From: Podarcis bocagei | Taxonomy: Eukaryota | Assembly (NCBI GenBank): GCA_964188305.1 | Contig: OZ076893.1 | DNA length: 64,000 nt | Direction: 5' to 3' (one strand) | Part shown: in pieces, positions 62,356 through 64,000 of the stretch | Position numbering within the stretch: the first letter of the stretch is position 1 | Layout: each line of letters starts with the position of its first letter | The notes under the pieces: model-generated | What the model saw: the letters and a program-made list of their open reading frames with translations, nothing else | Told to the model about the DNA's origin: nothing | Database searches by the model: none | Made by a program: the position numbers and the translations under genes

Positions 62356-62780
62356 CCCAAAGTTTCCCTCTTCCCCCTACATAGGAAAAAGACTACACAT
62401 TTGGTAAGTTAAAAAATGGTTTGCTTACAAACTCCTCAAAGGCCAGGTTCATGTGCTTCAGAAAAGTTGCACAGGCAGTAAAACTCAACTTAGTTACAAA
62501 GTGGTGAAAGTTTCAATATTACGGTATACGTAAAGGAACACAATACTGTATTGGCTTGTGAGAGCCGTGCAGTTGAGCTGAAGCAACCAGCTCAAACCTT
62601 TTCACATGCTGAGCTTCTCAGATAGACTGAGGAGAACAAAGGCTTGATTACTTAGTTCCTCCCAAGTGAACTGAAGTGGACATAGCTAAGCCTGGCTGGA
62701 CAGCTTACTCTGTGGTATTAACCTCTTCTTGCATTAATTAGACTTAAGCATGTTGGTTATATGAGGCTGGTTATCCCACA
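62356..62780 (+). repeat. Diverged paralogous segment, copy B
   Basis: Collinear with 33688-34350. Confidence 0.85.
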
Positions 62781-63598
62781 AGTCTCAGTTAGTTTCATGA
62801 GACTTATTCCCAGGTAATGCTGTGTAGGTTTACAACCTTAGTCCTAGGTAAGTGGCCATAGGATTTCACCCTTATTAGAGGGAAAATCCTTCTTTTAAAG
62901 TACTTTAGACTGCAGCCCTATACACAATTAACCGAGAGTAAGACTCACTGAATTCATTGGGACATGCCTGACTAGATATCCATAGGACTTCTCTATTATT
63001 AGCTTAAACCAATGGCCATTTTAACTACCTTTTTTTTTTTTTTTTTTACTTCCCTGCCTGGAAAAAGAATTCTCCTAATAGGTTATACAATACATATATT
63101 GTATATTTTGTAACCATAAATTAAGGCAACAGTGTAGATTTATAGCTAGATAAAAAGCACGTAATTTTATAATAGTGCTTAATATCCAAGTGTCATATTA
63201 AAGCACCTTAAGAGTGTGCCTAAATTTTATGTGTGTTGACATAAAAGAGAATGTGGCTAGGATCAAATTTTAATAGTTTAATTAATGTGATCTATTTCTC
63301 TCTTCAGATTATTTTCCTCATAGCTGTTTGAGTTTCATTTCATTATTTCCCATCCGGTATGCAAATAGATTTGATAGAAATGTCAAACTAAGTGTCCTTG
63401 TGGAATTGCAAATGATAGTGAAAAGGAAGACTTGGTCCTTGTATGTCTCTATATTGCAGAGTGCTTGGATGAAGGAGGGGCTGCCTCCCAAACCAACCTT
63501 ATTGTATGGCTTGGTGAAGAATGAACAAAGCCAATTTATGTGATCTACCAAACAGGCTATATTTCCCGGTGAAATTTGTCAAGTGTTGTTACCAAGTA

Positions 63599-63858
63599 CA
63601 GTCATACCTCATGTTACGTTTGCTTCATGATACGTTTTTTCAGGTTGTGTCCCACAGCGACCCGGAAGTACTGGAAAAGGTTACTTCCGGGTTTCACCGC
63701 TCACGCATGCGCAGAAGCGCTAAATCACACTTGGCACATGCGCACAAGCGCCAGGTCATGCCGTGCACTTGCGCAGATATGGCATTTCAGGTTGAAGGCT
63801 TTTCATGTTGCGAACAGGCCTCCAGAATGGATCCCATTCGCAACCAGAGGTACCACTG
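63599..63858. mobile_element. Tc1/mariner MITE, family A
   Basis: TA-CAGTCATACCTCATGTTACG ... CAGAGGTACCACTG-TA. Confidence 0.85.
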
Positions 63859-64000
63859 TATTAGTGATGACACTGACTATTGTCAACAGAAGCCTTTCCA
63901 GCATCGCTGCTTTCTACACATTATGATTGTGGTATACCCATGCAGAAGTGTAAGCTGATAAACTGCAGAGATATTAGAGGGGAATTTACCTCTGTGTTTG

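Noticed and set aside
62385-62403. Vitellogenin exon 2-like microexon
   Set aside because: Wrong length and phase, and no signal-peptide exon or large following exon nearby.
1-64000. CRISPR arrays, operons or prokaryotic defence systems
   Set aside because: The sequence is vertebrate; no repeat-spacer arrays or long intact ORFs are present.

Overview
Vertebrate genomic DNA from a squamate. The Sauria SINE subfamily, Squam3-type SINE, Bov-B and Penelope sequences point to a lacertid lizard. I could not support any host protein-coding exon: every recognisable translated ORF is a transposon remnant (Bov-B, other RTE, RTE-X-like, L2, CR1, L1, Penelope), and the rest look like chance ORFs. The window therefore reads as a large intron or intergenic region with many nested SINEs, LINEs and hAT/Tc1-mariner MITEs. 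Structure not explained by the transposons: (1) an old, collinear ~0.4-0.5 kb paralogous segment at ~33.7 kb and ~62.4 kb with shared splice-like and promoter-like signals; (2) an 81-bp inverted duplication ~730 bp apart; (3) a divergent pair of CTCF-like sites; (4) a 27-bp templated filler at a CR1 junction; (5) a perfect 71-bp tandem duplication; (6) several motif-dense or CpG-retaining candidate regulatory elements. A decayed Penelope hammerhead ribozyme is also present. I do not see convincing evidence for a complete novel biological system. All family names come from recognition of motifs, not from database searches.
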